From the IMG/VR virus record IMGVR_UViG_3300044613_001897: a stretch of 64,000 nt of DNA; one strand, written 5' to 3'. The notes under the pieces were generated by a model. The model was not told the DNA's origin. It did not search any database and saw only the letters and a list, made by a program, of their open reading frames with translations. The stretch comes from a virus. The position numbers were made by a program, and so were the translations under genes. This document shows positions 1 to 10,162 of the stretch, piece by piece; within the stretch, counting starts at the first letter, position 1; the number at the start of each line of letters is the position of its first letter.

Positions 1-1
1 A

Positions 2-1249
2 GAAACAACAACTGGAACTGGTAGTTTAAGTGGTACATACTTCACTTTAACATCAGGATCAACCGGATTTTTTCCTGCTACTGGTTTATCATTTAATATT
101 TTCTATAACAGAACAGGTACTGTTGCTATTCCTGCTGTTTTATGGAGAAACGGTTGGAATTTTGTTAGAGTGAGACAGGGTACTAATGTTACTAATTTTG
201 TAGACTGGGTTTATGATCCTGCTGCTGCTTCTGGAAACTTCCCTTATTCGTTTAATGGATTTACAACTGCCTCAGTTTCACCAACAGGTGAAAAGGCATT
301 ATCTGGTATAAAATATTACACTGGATTTTCATACAATGTAACCGGGTCAATTTCCAATTACTATAAAAACGTTTATAACATATCAGCTAAATCATTTAGT
401 AGTTTAACCAGTGGTTTAAGTGCGGGTACTTTATCAATACCTACTCCCACTACACCGGAGGATATAATACAGGTTAATAGTACTCATACTTTTGCTGTTA
501 GTGGCCAAAGATTATTAAGTCAGAGTTTAAGTTCTACTTTATCCATTACTAATGATTTTAGTAAAACAGGAACAACAGGAGCTATTACAACACCTACTAT
601 TTTGTTAGATAATATTAATACTGCCAATACTACTATTGCTGAAAACTTCTGCCTAGAGGACCGAAGAGTTCCTTCAGCCTCATACGATACACAGATATCT
701 GCAACAAATGCTATTGGAACTTTCGCAAGTGCATCTGCTTTAGGATCTTCTGATTTAGCTGTTTATACTGGCACTTTAAGATACCCAACACAGGTACTAA
801 ACTCAGGTAACGTAGCAGGTGCAGGTGTTGTTTATGCAATAGCAGGACAGCCTAACTACTCTGGTGCAACAGGAACTAGGTACTTTTATAGAGTATTTAC
901 AAACGGAGCTAGTCAGTTAGCAGGATGGTCAATTACAATAAATGGAACTAATACTTCTTTTGTATCTTTTGGAACTGCTTTAACGAGTAATAATATGAGG
1001 ATAGGAATTAAAGTACCGGGCACAACAGGATATAGAGATATGTTAACTGCTGCCCCTGGAGCTGGTACCTACACACCATCAGATGATGGAGTAGGATGCC
1101 AATCAGGAGGAGCTATTTCTTTAGGAGTAGCAGGTGCTATAAGTTTAGTTTCAGAACGTCTACCAGCCAATCAAGTATTTGTTTTACGTTTAGAAGTGAG
1201 TTCAAGCTGGGTTGGGACAATTTCATCTATATCAATCACAGGCTTTTAA
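2..1249 (+). CDS. Virion structural/tail-associated protein, 5'-truncated by window edge
   Basis: Frame of the 170..1249 ORF is open back to base 2 (ETTTGTGSLSG...); S/T/G-rich beta-type sequence; upstream of the tail cluster. Confidence 0.55.
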   Translation, partial: ETTTGTGSLSGTYFTLTSGSTGFFPATGLSFNIFYNRTGTVAIPAVLWRNGWNFVRVRQGTNVTNFVDWVYDPAAASGNFPYSFNGFTTASVSPTGEKALSGIKYYTGFSYNVTGSISNYYKNVYNISAKSFSSLTSGLSAGTLSIPTPTTPEDIIQVNSTHTFAVSGQRLLSQSLSSTLSITNDFSKTGTTGAITTPTILLDNINTANTTIAENFCLEDRRVPSASYDTQISATNAIGTFASASALGSSDLAVYTGTLRYPTQVLNSGNVAGAGVVYAIAGQPNYSGATGTRYFYRVFTNGASQLAGWSITINGTNTSFVSFGTALTSNNMRIGIKVPGTTGYRDMLTAAPGAGTYTPSDDGVGCQSGGAISLGVAGAISLVSERLPANQVFVLRLEVSSSWVGTISSISITGF

Positions 1250-1262
1250 TTAATATAAACAA

Positions 1263-2483
1263 ATGGCACTAACCCAACTCAACCAATTACAAATAGCCTT
1301 TAAAAAGTTAGCAGGTAAGTCACATACTTCTCCTAAGTTAGGAGTTTCTAATGAAAATCTTCCCTCTTTTATACAGTTAGGAAACAATACTTTATTTGCA
1401 AACCCTATCCCCTCTACTGGACTGCCTAGTAATCTTTATCAAACATCAAGTAATGGTGTTGTAGAAAAAATTAGATTTGAATTAGTTGCTTTTTCTGATG
1501 GCGGATATACACCTTCTAATGGAACAGTATTATCAAATACAAGTATAAATGCTGAAGGTGAGACTGCAACAAACGGTAACCATACATACGTATTAAGAAT
1601 ATCAGGAAGCTATAATTCAAGATCAAACAACCCTAAAAAAGGATCTCCACCTTTTACAGATGGGTATTATTTAACTGGAAGTAATGGTACTTTGCAAATT
1701 GTCCCTCCTACATTTGGAAGTGGATACGCTATAACTTTATATACAGCCGCAGGAGTTGAAATTCCACCTTTATCAACTATTGATTGGATTTTAGATTATT
1801 CCACAGGTGTTTTATATGCCCAAGATGCCCCTGGTGATGTTACTCCGGGATTAATTGATGCTTTTATTTATATTGGAAAATACCAAAATGATCCAACTCT
1901 AGAATACATAGGATTATTCTCAGGTTCATTACAGGGTACAGCATCCTACTCTTCCCAAGCATTATCTTCTTCTTATGCTTTAACCGCATCGTTTGCATTA
2001 AATGCAGGAACAACTATAAACACAGGTTCGTTTGTAACTACAAGTAGTTTTAATAATTTTACTTCATCATATAATACTGGATCGTTTACTGGTTCATTTA
2101 CAGGAAGCGTTTTAGGAACAGCATCTTTTGCTAATCAAGCTTTAAGTTCATCTTATGCTTTAACAGCATCCTACTTAGACAACTATGTTCCACCATTTCC
2201 ATTCACTGGATCAGCTCAGATAACCGGTAGCTTAATAGTAACAGGATCAGTATCTGCAACATCATTTATAGGAAATGGTTCACAATTAACAGGAATACAA
2301 AGAACAAGACAATTTGATTATAGCGGATCTTATTCATATCAAGGTAGCGCACCAAGCGGAAGTTCAGTAAGTGCATCCGTATGGGACATTTACAGAATTG
2401 AAATATTTATAAGCGGAACAGTAGATACCAAATTTGCATCAAATGCTATTTGGGCAGACAGATATACAACAATTTATTCATAA
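1263..2483 (+). CDS. Tail fibre-like virion protein
   Basis: TGSFTGSFTGS and duplicated QALSSSYALTAS repeats typical of phage fibre shafts; structural context. Confidence 0.55.
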   Translation: MALTQLNQLQIAFKKLAGKSHTSPKLGVSNENLPSFIQLGNNTLFANPIPSTGLPSNLYQTSSNGVVEKIRFELVAFSDGGYTPSNGTVLSNTSINAEGETATNGNHTYVLRISGSYNSRSNNPKKGSPPFTDGYYLTGSNGTLQIVPPTFGSGYAITLYTAAGVEIPPLSTIDWILDYSTGVLYAQDAPGDVTPGLIDAFIYIGKYQNDPTLEYIGLFSGSLQGTASYSSQALSSSYALTASFALNAGTTINTGSFVTTSSFNNFTSSYNTGSFTGSFTGSVLGTASFANQALSSSYALTASYLDNYVPPFPFTGSAQITGSLIVTGSVSATSFIGNGSQLTGIQRTRQFDYSGSYSYQGSAPSGSSVSASVWDIYRIEIFISGTVDTKFASNAIWADRYTTIYS

Positions 2484-2497
2484 AAAAACAATAAGAT

Positions 2498-2794
2498 ATG
2501 CCTTTAATTAGCACACAACCCACAATAGTAGATGGAAAAGAATATCCATTTTTAGCATTAAATATGGCGGTAAGTCCATTTTGGCAACCTCAATATGTAG
2601 GAGGTTCAATAGCTTTAAGATTTACTCCATTTAGATATGATGAAAATCATAATGTAGAGAAATTGGAAAATCCTGATTATCAAAAAGTAGTAAGCATGAT
2701 GGATGTATTTGAAAACGGAACAGCAGAGGAAAAAGAAATAGCAGGAAAAATAATGGAGCAAATACAATTTTTAATCAATTATAAAGGATTCTAA
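2498..2794 (+). CDS. Hypothetical protein (possible fibre chaperone)
   Basis: 98-aa ORF between fibre-like genes; stop overlaps next start (TAATG). Confidence 0.5.
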   Translation: MPLISTQPTIVDGKEYPFLALNMAVSPFWQPQYVGGSIALRFTPFRYDENHNVEKLENPDYQKVVSMMDVFENGTAEEKEIAGKIMEQIQFLINYKGF

Positions 2795-3918
2795 TGGCTA
2801 CAATAACATCAGCAGCATCAGGTAATTGGAGTGCAGGAGCAACATGGAGTGGGGGTGTAGCTCCTGGAGTTAATGATGATGCTGTAATTGGTGCAGGTCA
2901 TACTGTAACACTTGATATTGATGCAACAGTAATTAGTTTAAGTGGTGCTGCTAATGCAGCTTCAAATTTAGCAATAACAACAAGCAGGAATTTTACTTGT
3001 ACAGGGGCTAATGGAATAACATCTAAGACTGTATCAAATGGAGGTGCTTTAGTCAGAATAACAGGGGTGGGAACTACAGTTAATATTAATTCTAACATAT
3101 CTCATACAGTTGCAGTTGCAGGAACAGGAACTTTTGCTTTACAGGTTTCAACAATATGTACAGTACATATTGTTGGTAATATAATTGTAGGTGATAATAT
3201 AAATCATGCTACTTTAGTTATTGACGCTGCAACTGTTAATATAACAGGTAATGTAAGTGGTGGTAGCAATGCAATCAGAGTAAATGGAAATTCAACTCTT
3301 TATATAACAGGAAATGTTACAGGTGGAGTTGCAGGCACACAAGCTACAATAGCAAACGCAACATCAGCTTGTACAATAAACATTACAGGAAATTGTACTG
3401 CTCAAACAAATATTGCATTAACGTCTTCACAAAATAGTACAATTACAATAGTTGGTACAATAACAGCAAGCAGTACAGTAGTTGGAGTTAATATGTCATC
3501 AGGAAATATTACAATATCCACACCTTGTCTAAATGCAACAAATGGTGTAATGGCGGTATTATCTCCAAATGTAAAAATATACAGTAGTGCAATTGCAAGT
3601 TGGAGATTTGCAACAGATGTTCCAGCAACTAATAAATTTATATATTCGGCAGGTGTAGCACTAGGAAACCCAGAAATAGAAGATGTTAGAGATGGAACAG
3701 TATATGGAGCATCAAGTGAATTAACAGGTTCATTGATTATGGCAATACCTGCTAATGTAAGAAGAGGTGTTAATACAGATGCAACAGTTGGAACAGCAGA
3801 TTTAACAGCACAAGACATATTTACAGAAATAGCAAGTAGTTCTGACCCTATTGCTGTAAGATTAAGAAACATTGCAACAGTACAAACTACTGGAGCACAA
3901 TTAGCATCATATAATTAA
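2794..3918 (+). CDS. Beta-helix adhesin/tail-fibre-like protein (paralogue 1)
   Basis: N-terminal SGNWSxxxTWxGGxxP..DD..I motif; repeated VNITGNVTG turns; C-terminus shared with next gene. Confidence 0.6.
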   Translation: MATITSAASGNWSAGATWSGGVAPGVNDDAVIGAGHTVTLDIDATVISLSGAANAASNLAITTSRNFTCTGANGITSKTVSNGGALVRITGVGTTVNINSNISHTVAVAGTGTFALQVSTICTVHIVGNIIVGDNINHATLVIDAATVNITGNVSGGSNAIRVNGNSTLYITGNVTGGVAGTQATIANATSACTINITGNCTAQTNIALTSSQNSTITIVGTITASSTVVGVNMSSGNITISTPCLNATNGVMAVLSPNVKIYSSAIASWRFATDVPATNKFIYSAGVALGNPEIEDVRDGTVYGASSELTGSLIMAIPANVRRGVNTDATVGTADLTAQDIFTEIASSSDPIAVRLRNIATVQTTGAQLASYN

Positions 3919-3920
3919 CT

Positions 3921-5054
3921 ATGGCTGATAAATATCCTTTAGCAAATGGAAATTGGAGTACGGCAGCCAATTGGAATGATGGAACTAAACCCATTGCAGG
4001 AGACGATGTATATGCAGATGGTAAGACTGTAACTATTGATGAAAATGTAAATGTCGGAACTATTAGAAATACCGTTCGGAGTGGTGGTACAACAGGAGGT
4101 GCTTTCTTAGTTACTTCTGGTGGGTTTACTATAACGACTACATCCGCACAAGGCTTCTTCCCTAATGCAGGTACATACTTATTACAGCTAAGCCACACTA
4201 CAGGAACAAACACAATAAATGGTTCGGTAGTTTGTCCAGGTACATCTAATAATGGTATATCAATTAGTGGTGTAGGTGGGACTACTAATATCAACGGAAA
4301 CATAACAACTAATGGAGCTTCGGTTGCTCTTCTTGTTTCAGCAGCAGCTACGGTTAATATAGTTGGCAATTTACAAGCAGGCACTTCATCAAGTTGTTGC
4401 TCTATTACAGCAGCAGCAACTGTGACTGTAACTGGAAATGTAACAGGGGCAGCAGGAGGTGGTGGTGCTGGTATAAACAATGCATCAGTAGCAGCTACAA
4501 TTAATATAACTGGCAATGTTACAGGGCAAGTAAGTGCTGGAATATCAAGTACAATTGCATCGGTTGTTACAGTTAAAGGTATTGTTACGTCCTCTAATAC
4601 AATTGCTGCTATTTCTTTATCAAGTACATCAGTATCATTTACTTTTTCAGGAACAGCAATTAATTCATCTAATGGTGTAATGGCTATTTATTGTCCTAAT
4701 ATTAAATTATATAATGATAATGCTGATACAGTAGAATGGAGATTTAGGGATGAATTAGGTAATGTAAAAACATTATACAGTGCAGGACTAGTATTAGGAA
4801 ACCCTGTTATTACAAACGTAAGGAGTGGAATTACTTATGGAACATCATTAGAATTAACAGGAACAATGATAGTTCCAAGTCCAAGTGATGTAAGAATTTC
4901 AGTACCAACAGATAATACAGTAGGTACAGGACAATTAACAGCAGCAGATTTTCTTGCTGCAATATCAAGTAGTTTAGATCCGATAGCTGTAAGATTAAAA
5001 AACGTATCTACAGTAGATACTACTGGAGCACAAATGGCAAGTTATAATATTTAA
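3921..5054 (+). CDS. Beta-helix adhesin/tail-fibre-like protein (paralogue 2)
   Basis: Same architecture as 2794..3918; C-terminal SSLDPIAVRLKNVSTVDTTGAQMASYN. Confidence 0.6.
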   Translation: MADKYPLANGNWSTAANWNDGTKPIAGDDVYADGKTVTIDENVNVGTIRNTVRSGGTTGGAFLVTSGGFTITTTSAQGFFPNAGTYLLQLSHTTGTNTINGSVVCPGTSNNGISISGVGGTTNINGNITTNGASVALLVSAAATVNIVGNLQAGTSSSCCSITAAATVTVTGNVTGAAGGGGAGINNASVAATINITGNVTGQVSAGISSTIASVVTVKGIVTSSNTIAAISLSSTSVSFTFSGTAINSSNGVMAIYCPNIKLYNDNADTVEWRFRDELGNVKTLYSAGLVLGNPVITNVRSGITYGTSLELTGTMIVPSPSDVRISVPTDNTVGTGQLTAADFLAAISSSLDPIAVRLKNVSTVDTTGAQMASYNI

Positions 5055-5068
5055 AGTAAAAATTTACA

Positions 5069-5076
5069 TATTTATA
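5069..5076 (+). promoter_or_regulatory. Putative phage late promoter motif TATTTATA
   Basis: Motif recurs just upstream of about 19 genes in the window. Confidence 0.6.
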
Positions 5077-5089
5077 TTAAAATAGTTAT

Positions 5090-5359
5090 ATGTCAGACGT
5101 AAACCAAATTACACCAGAAGAATTAGTACAGTTACGAACTCTACAAGAATCTTATTCAGAAATCACTGCAAAGTTTGGACAATTAAAAGTAGAACAGATA
5201 CTTTTAAAAGGTCAACTAGAAAGATTAGCTGAATTAGAAAAATCATTCGAACTACAGTATACTGAAACTCAAACTAAAGAGACCGAGTTTTTACAATCGT
5301 TAGAAACTAAATACGGTAGAATTTCTATAAATATAGAAACAGGAGAAATTACTAAGTAA
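5090..5359 (+). CDS. Small coiled-coil protein
   Basis: Heptad-like L/Q/E-rich 89 aa; precedes tail sheath. Confidence 0.55.
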   Translation: MSDVNQITPEELVQLRTLQESYSEITAKFGQLKVEQILLKGQLERLAELEKSFELQYTETQTKETEFLQSLETKYGRISINIETGEITK

Positions 5360-5394
5360 ATTCCAAATAAAATATTTTTCAGTTTTTTGTATCA

Positions 5395-5402
5395 TATTTA
5401 TA
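5395..5402 (+). promoter_or_regulatory. Putative late promoter for tail sheath
   Basis: TATTTATA followed by a small AGATAC/GTATCT hairpin and an A-rich leader. Confidence 0.6.
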
Positions 5403-5452
5403 TGTAGATACGACCTGTATCTGACTGTTAACAATTAAAATTTAATACAACA

Positions 5453-7924
5453 ATGGCTGAAAAAATAGTTTCTCCTGGAGTCTTTACTAATGAAAAAGAC
5501 CAATCATTTTTACCAACCGGTATATCACAAATCGGTGCTGCAGTAATAGGCCCAACAATTAAGGGTCCTGCATTTATCCCAACAATTATAGAATCATATA
5601 ATGATTTTGTAGCTAAGTTTGGTGATACAACTCTTGAAAGTTATGTACCTTATACTATAAAAGAGTATATGAAAAACTCTGGAAGAGTAACTGTGGTAAG
5701 AACATTATTTGAAGATGGTTATAAAGTAGCCGCACCATTAGGAATAGTAGTATCTGGTAGCTATGGTAAAAGGTTAGTAGCCGTATTGCATCCTACTCAA
5801 AAGTTATCTAATACAAATACGTATAATGGTACATTGCCAGCTTTTGAAACATCAACAGTAACAAATAGTTTAACTACATCAGGTAGTTTTGTATTAACTG
5901 TATCTGGATCATCATTAGTACAATATGGATCATCCGTATTTTCTGCAAGTTTAGTTAGCACAAGTCCGCAATATCTTACTAAGATATTACCATTAGGACC
6001 TAAAACAAATATTAGTGCAGCTGCCATATCTGGATCACAACCTGCTTATTTATACAATATATTTAGTACCGCAATAAGCGCATCGTTAGCGACTGATGCT
6101 AATTCTAAAGTTGAGATAGTGACTGGTTCTATATCGCCTGTAAGTTGGGATTTTACAAATGACGCATCATTTGCATCTACCCCTTGGATTACATCACAAC
6201 AAACAAATGGTAATATCACTAAAGATCTATTCAAATTACATACATTATCAGATGGTAATGCAGTTAATTATGAAGTTAAAATAGGAGTATCAGATGTTAG
6301 GCCTGCCGGAACTGTACCTGGATCAAATTATGGTTCATTTACAGTAGTGGTTAGAGCAGTAGATCAATCAGCTATTCAAGGATCACCGTTCAATACAGAT
6401 GATTCTGATAATAGACCAAATATTGTTGAATTATTTGATAATGTTAGCTTAGATCCTAATTCATCTAATTATATAGTTAGAAGAATAGGAGACAGATATG
6501 TTACTATAGATGATGCAGGTAAAATTAGCTATGAAGGAGATTATCCTAATAAATCAACATTCATTAGAGTTGAAGTAGATTCTGATGTTAATAATATGGT
6601 TAATACACCAGATTTAGTTCCATTTGGATTTAGAGCGTTAGTTGCTCCAGTACCTACAGGATTTGTTGGTACAGTATCAATACCTGCAGTATCTTATGTT
6701 ACTAATCAAGTAATTGGATCATCTTACAATAAGAGAAAATATTTAGGATTCGATTATGATTTCTCAGGAACAGATAACTTAAATTATCTAACACCGCTAC
6801 CGGTAGAGGCGGCACAAACAACAGGATCTAATACAGACTTCTATTTAGGAAATTATACACAAAATGCAGGAGCAGGATTAGGTACTGGTTCAATAGACTT
6901 AACAACCGCTACTTCATTAGATACTCGTAAATTTATGGTACCATTCCAAGGTGGATTTGATGGTACTTATCCGAACTTAATTAAATTGAATGGCGCTGAT
7001 ATAATTTCTGCAAATATGCAAGGATTTGATTTATCTGGACCAACAGCTACTGGATATATAGCTTATAAAAAAGCAATAGATGCAGTAAGCAATCCTGATG
7101 AGTTTGATATTAATATGTTAGTAGTTCCTGGAACTAACTATACAGAGCATCCTGGTATTCTAGATTATGCTATGAACACAGCAATAGATAGAGGAGATAC
7201 ATTTGTAGTAGTTGATGCAGCAGGATTACCTGCCGCTCTTACACCTGCTGCAACCGCATTAGCAGAAGCAGTAGATACAGTTGGTACAATAGATAATAAT
7301 TATGCGGCTACTTATTGGCCATGGGTAAAAATATTGGACACTGCAATAAATAAACCTGTATGGGTACCTACAAGTGTTGTAATACCAGGCGTAGTAGCAT
7401 TCAATGATAAAGTTGCAGCTGAATGGTATGCCCCTGCAGGATTAAATAGAGGAGGCCTTACATCAGTAATTGATGCTTGGACAAGATTAACTAGAGAAGA
7501 AAGAGATACTTTATATCAAGCAAGAGTAAACCCAATCGCTACATTCCCTGGACAAGGAGTATGTGTATGGGGACAGAAAACATTACAAGCTAAACCATCA
7601 GCATTGGATAGAGTAAATGTAAGACGTCTATTAATAGCGCTTAAGAAATATATAGCTTCTGCATCTAAGTATCTAGTATTTGAAAATAATACAGCAGCTA
7701 CTAGAAACAGATTCTTAAATATTGTTAATCCTTATTTAGCATCTGTTCAACAGAGACAAGGTTTATATGCGTTCAAAGTAGTAATGGATGAAACAAATAA
7801 TACTCCAGATCTAATAGATAGAAATATAATGTATGGTCAGATATTTTTACAACCAGCTAAGGCCGCTGAGTTTATCGTAATCGACTTTAACGTTCTACCT
7901 ACAGGTGCTGCATTTGCACAATAA
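5453..7924 (+). CDS. Contractile tail sheath protein (T4 gp18-like)
   Basis: N-terminal SPGVFTNEKD; C-terminal YWPW, WYAPAGLNRG, VNPI, VWGQKTL, DRVNVRRLL, FENN, LQPAKAAEFI sheath motifs. Confidence 0.95.
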   Translation: MAEKIVSPGVFTNEKDQSFLPTGISQIGAAVIGPTIKGPAFIPTIIESYNDFVAKFGDTTLESYVPYTIKEYMKNSGRVTVVRTLFEDGYKVAAPLGIVVSGSYGKRLVAVLHPTQKLSNTNTYNGTLPAFETSTVTNSLTTSGSFVLTVSGSSLVQYGSSVFSASLVSTSPQYLTKILPLGPKTNISAAAISGSQPAYLYNIFSTAISASLATDANSKVEIVTGSISPVSWDFTNDASFASTPWITSQQTNGNITKDLFKLHTLSDGNAVNYEVKIGVSDVRPAGTVPGSNYGSFTVVVRAVDQSAIQGSPFNTDDSDNRPNIVELFDNVSLDPNSSNYIVRRIGDRYVTIDDAGKISYEGDYPNKSTFIRVEVDSDVNNMVNTPDLVPFGFRALVAPVPTGFVGTVSIPAVSYVTNQVIGSSYNKRKYLGFDYDFSGTDNLNYLTPLPVEAAQTTGSNTDFYLGNYTQNAGAGLGTGSIDLTTATSLDTRKFMVPFQGGFDGTYPNLIKLNGADIISANMQGFDLSGPTATGYIAYKKAIDAVSNPDEFDINMLVVPGTNYTEHPGILDYAMNTAIDRGDTFVVVDAAGLPAALTPAATALAEAVDTVGTIDNNYAATYWPWVKILDTAINKPVWVPTSVVIPGVVAFNDKVAAEWYAPAGLNRGGLTSVIDAWTRLTREERDTLYQARVNPIATFPGQGVCVWGQKTLQAKPSALDRVNVRRLLIALKKYIASASKYLVFENNTAATRNRFLNIVNPYLASVQQRQGLYAFKVVMDETNNTPDLIDRNIMYGQIFLQPAKAAEFIVIDFNVLPTGAAFAQ

Positions 7925-7943
7925 TTGGTTTAATCAAAAATAT

Positions 7944-7969
7944 AAAGAGGGACTTCGGTCCCTTTCTTT
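7944..7969 (+). terminator. Intrinsic terminator
   Basis: AAGAGGGAC-TTCG-GTCCCTTTCTTT hairpin with UUCG loop after sheath gene. Confidence 0.85.
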
Positions 7970-8067
7970 ATGTTTATTTATACATCACAATAAAAAAGTT
8001 TTAAAAATTACTTTTTTTATATCTTATTCCATATTTATTATAAATTAAATCACACACAAAAAAAACA

Positions 8068-8397
8068 ATGAAACAATCAGAATTTAGAAAACTCATCAAA
8101 GAAGAATTAAGCTCGATATTATCCGAAGCTAAATTTAATTCGATTGACGATTTGATGACATACGCTGGACAAAAGTATAAAGTTAAATTTACTAAACAAA
8201 AATCTAATTTAGCCGCGGCAGAAGTTCCGGAATCGAGACTTGGCATTTTTGCAAACGTATTAGACGTATGTCAGGTAGTTATACGATATAACCCTTCAAG
8301 AACTACACCATCAGAACAATATTCTATAAACTTACGTTGGAAGGCACAAGGACGTAAAGATTTTGATGGTAGCCGTCTAGAAGGTAAATTGTATTAA
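8068..8397 (+). CDS. Leader-family protein (putative head internal protein)
   Basis: MKQSEFRKLIKEELSSILSE leader; TATTTATT at 8032. Confidence 0.65.
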   Translation: MKQSEFRKLIKEELSSILSEAKFNSIDDLMTYAGQKYKVKFTKQKSNLAAAEVPESRLGIFANVLDVCQVVIRYNPSRTTPSEQYSINLRWKAQGRKDFDGSRLEGKLY

Positions 8398-8441
8398 TTG
8401 CTAGAGTAATTTATATTAAAATTTTAAAATCAAAAAAAACA

Positions 8442-8801
8442 ATGAAACTATCACAATTTAGAGCTCTTATCAGAGAGGAAATCAGAAAGGAGTTAAAAGC
8501 TAGACCATTAAACGAAGATTATATTAGAAAGATGAATCTTTATGATCCTGCATTTAAAAATCTATCACCTCAAGATTATCAAAAATTAAACACATTAATG
8601 CAACAGTTCGATAAAATGGTGAATGCAAATGATGATTTATTTGAACTTGTAAGCGATGTAACAGACCCGCGAAGTTTAGCGGACGCACCGAATTGGAGAG
8701 ACCATTTTGAAACTGTAGCAGACGAAGTAAAGAGTGAATTTCCAATAGCAGCAAAATTAGCTAAAGGAATTGCTGCTATTGTATCAAAAGTTGCAAACTA
8801 A
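8442..8801 (+). CDS. Leader-family protein (putative head internal protein)
   Basis: MKLSQFRALIREEIRKELKARPLNE leader. Confidence 0.65.
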   Translation: MKLSQFRALIREEIRKELKARPLNEDYIRKMNLYDPAFKNLSPQDYQKLNTLMQQFDKMVNANDDLFELVSDVTDPRSLADAPNWRDHFETVADEVKSEFPIAAKLAKGIAAIVSKVAN

Positions 8802-8825
8802 TATTTTAAGTTCAAAATAATGTTG

Positions 8826-8847
8826 AAAGGGCTATTTGCCCTTTTTT
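8826..8847 (+). terminator. Intrinsic terminator
   Basis: AAAGGGC-TATTT-GCCCTTTTTT. Confidence 0.75.
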
Positions 8848-8882
8848 CATGTTTGTATCGATATTTATAATAAATCAGTAAT

Positions 8883-9239
8883 ATGAAAAAATCAGAACTA
8901 AGAAATCTAATTAAAGAAGAAATCACTGCTATATTAAAAGAACAAGATGCTGATCAAGCAATGTCAGCAATATCTAGTATTAAATCAGCAGTGAAAGATT
9001 TATCTAGTTCAGCAACAGTACAAGAAGATCCAGTACTGCAAAAGTTATTAGCAAAGTATACAGGACTATTAGGTAAAATTACATCATACATAACACAGAA
9101 GTATAACGTTACTAATGGTGAGGAATCACCGGAAGCAGCTCCTGAAAAGGATGCTCAACCAAAAGCTGAGAAACCTGTCGTTAATTCTAAACCAAAGACT
9201 ACAACGTCCGGAGCTCCCAATTATTCAGAAACTATATAA
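8883..9239 (+). CDS. Leader-family protein (putative head internal protein)
   Basis: MKKSELRNLIKEEITAILKE leader; TATTTATA at 8862. Confidence 0.65.
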   Translation: MKKSELRNLIKEEITAILKEQDADQAMSAISSIKSAVKDLSSSATVQEDPVLQKLLAKYTGLLGKITSYITQKYNVTNGEESPEAAPEKDAQPKAEKPVVNSKPKTTTSGAPNYSETI

Positions 9240-9249
9240 TCTGTATAGT

Positions 9250-9504
9250 ATGAAGAAATTTATATCACAAATATTCCAAGATGAAAGAGGTAATTTTTCA
9301 TCGAATCGCTTTGTAGGTATAATATGCACAATTACTTTATGTTATACATTACTACATATCCAATATACTAAATCTAACGTATCAGTACCAGATATGTTAA
9401 TAGAATCTATAGCCGCTTTAGCTTTTGGTGCATTAGGATTAGGAGCAGCTAATAAAATATTTAAGAAACCTGATATAGTAATAGATAGTAGTGGAGATAA
9501 ATAA
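9250..9504 (+). CDS. Small two-TM membrane protein (holin-like)
   Basis: MKKFISQIFQDERGNFSSNRFVGIIC..., two hydrophobic segments; ATG at 9250 avoids overlap with the upstream gene. Confidence 0.5.
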   Translation: MKKFISQIFQDERGNFSSNRFVGIICTITLCYTLLHIQYTKSNVSVPDMLIESIAALAFGALGLGAANKIFKKPDIVIDSSGDK

Positions 9505-9568
9505 ATTGAAGAATAATAGTTATTTTTCTTACTTACCGTATATTTATATAAAATAAAACAACAATAAA

Positions 9569-10057
9569 ATGGCAGAATTATTAGACCCATCAGAAATTAT
9601 GTTTACAGCTTTTGAACCAAAAGTCGCTAACAGGTTTATAATGTATATAGAAGGTATCCCAGCATATCTAATCAAAGCTTCCAATCGTCCAGGTATTACT
9701 TTCGGTGATGTAGTTATTGACCACATTAACGTAGAAAGAAAATTAAAAGGAAAAGGAAGATGGGATGACGTTACAATAACATTATACGATCCAGTTGTTC
9801 CTAGTGCTGCTCAAGCAGTAATGGAATGGATTCGTCTATCACATGAATCAGTAACAGGTAGAGATGGATATTCAGATTTCTATAAGAAAGATATTACATT
9901 TAATGCACTTGGACCTGTAGGTGATAAGGTAGAAGAAATCACTTTGAAAGGAGCATATATTTCATCAGCTAATTTTGGTGATTTTGATTGGGCAACTGAA
10001 GATGCAGTTAACATTCAGCTTACCTTGAAATATGATTACGCCATATTCCAATTTTGA
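9569..10057 (+). CDS. Tail tube protein (T4 gp19-like)
   Basis: FEPK..NRF, W.D.TITLYDP, EW, YKKDI, GA, LTLKYDYA tube motifs; TATTTATA at 9541. Confidence 0.9.
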   Translation: MAELLDPSEIMFTAFEPKVANRFIMYIEGIPAYLIKASNRPGITFGDVVIDHINVERKLKGKGRWDDVTITLYDPVVPSAAQAVMEWIRLSHESVTGRDGYSDFYKKDITFNALGPVGDKVEEITLKGAYISSANFGDFDWATEDAVNIQLTLKYDYAIFQF

Positions 10058-10087
10058 TTTTTTTCTAAAGTTAATAGTAAAAATACA

Positions 10088-10117
10088 AATCCGCTCTCTT
10101 TATTGGGGCGGATTTTT
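10088..10117 (+). terminator. Intrinsic terminator
   Basis: AATCCGCTCT...GGGGCGGATTTTT hairpin plus U-tract. Confidence 0.75.
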
Positions 10118-10162
10118 ACATTTGTATAATATAAAAAGATAAAGTAATCATATTTATAGTAT

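Noticed and set aside
3640-5054. Diversity-generating retroelement TR/VR pair in the two adhesin 3' ends
   Set aside because: Both copies are coding, differences are not adenine-specific, and no reverse transcriptase is in the window
9115-9249. 5' extension of the membrane-protein ORF
   Set aside because: Overlaps the 8883 gene; ATG at 9250 gives a coherent protein
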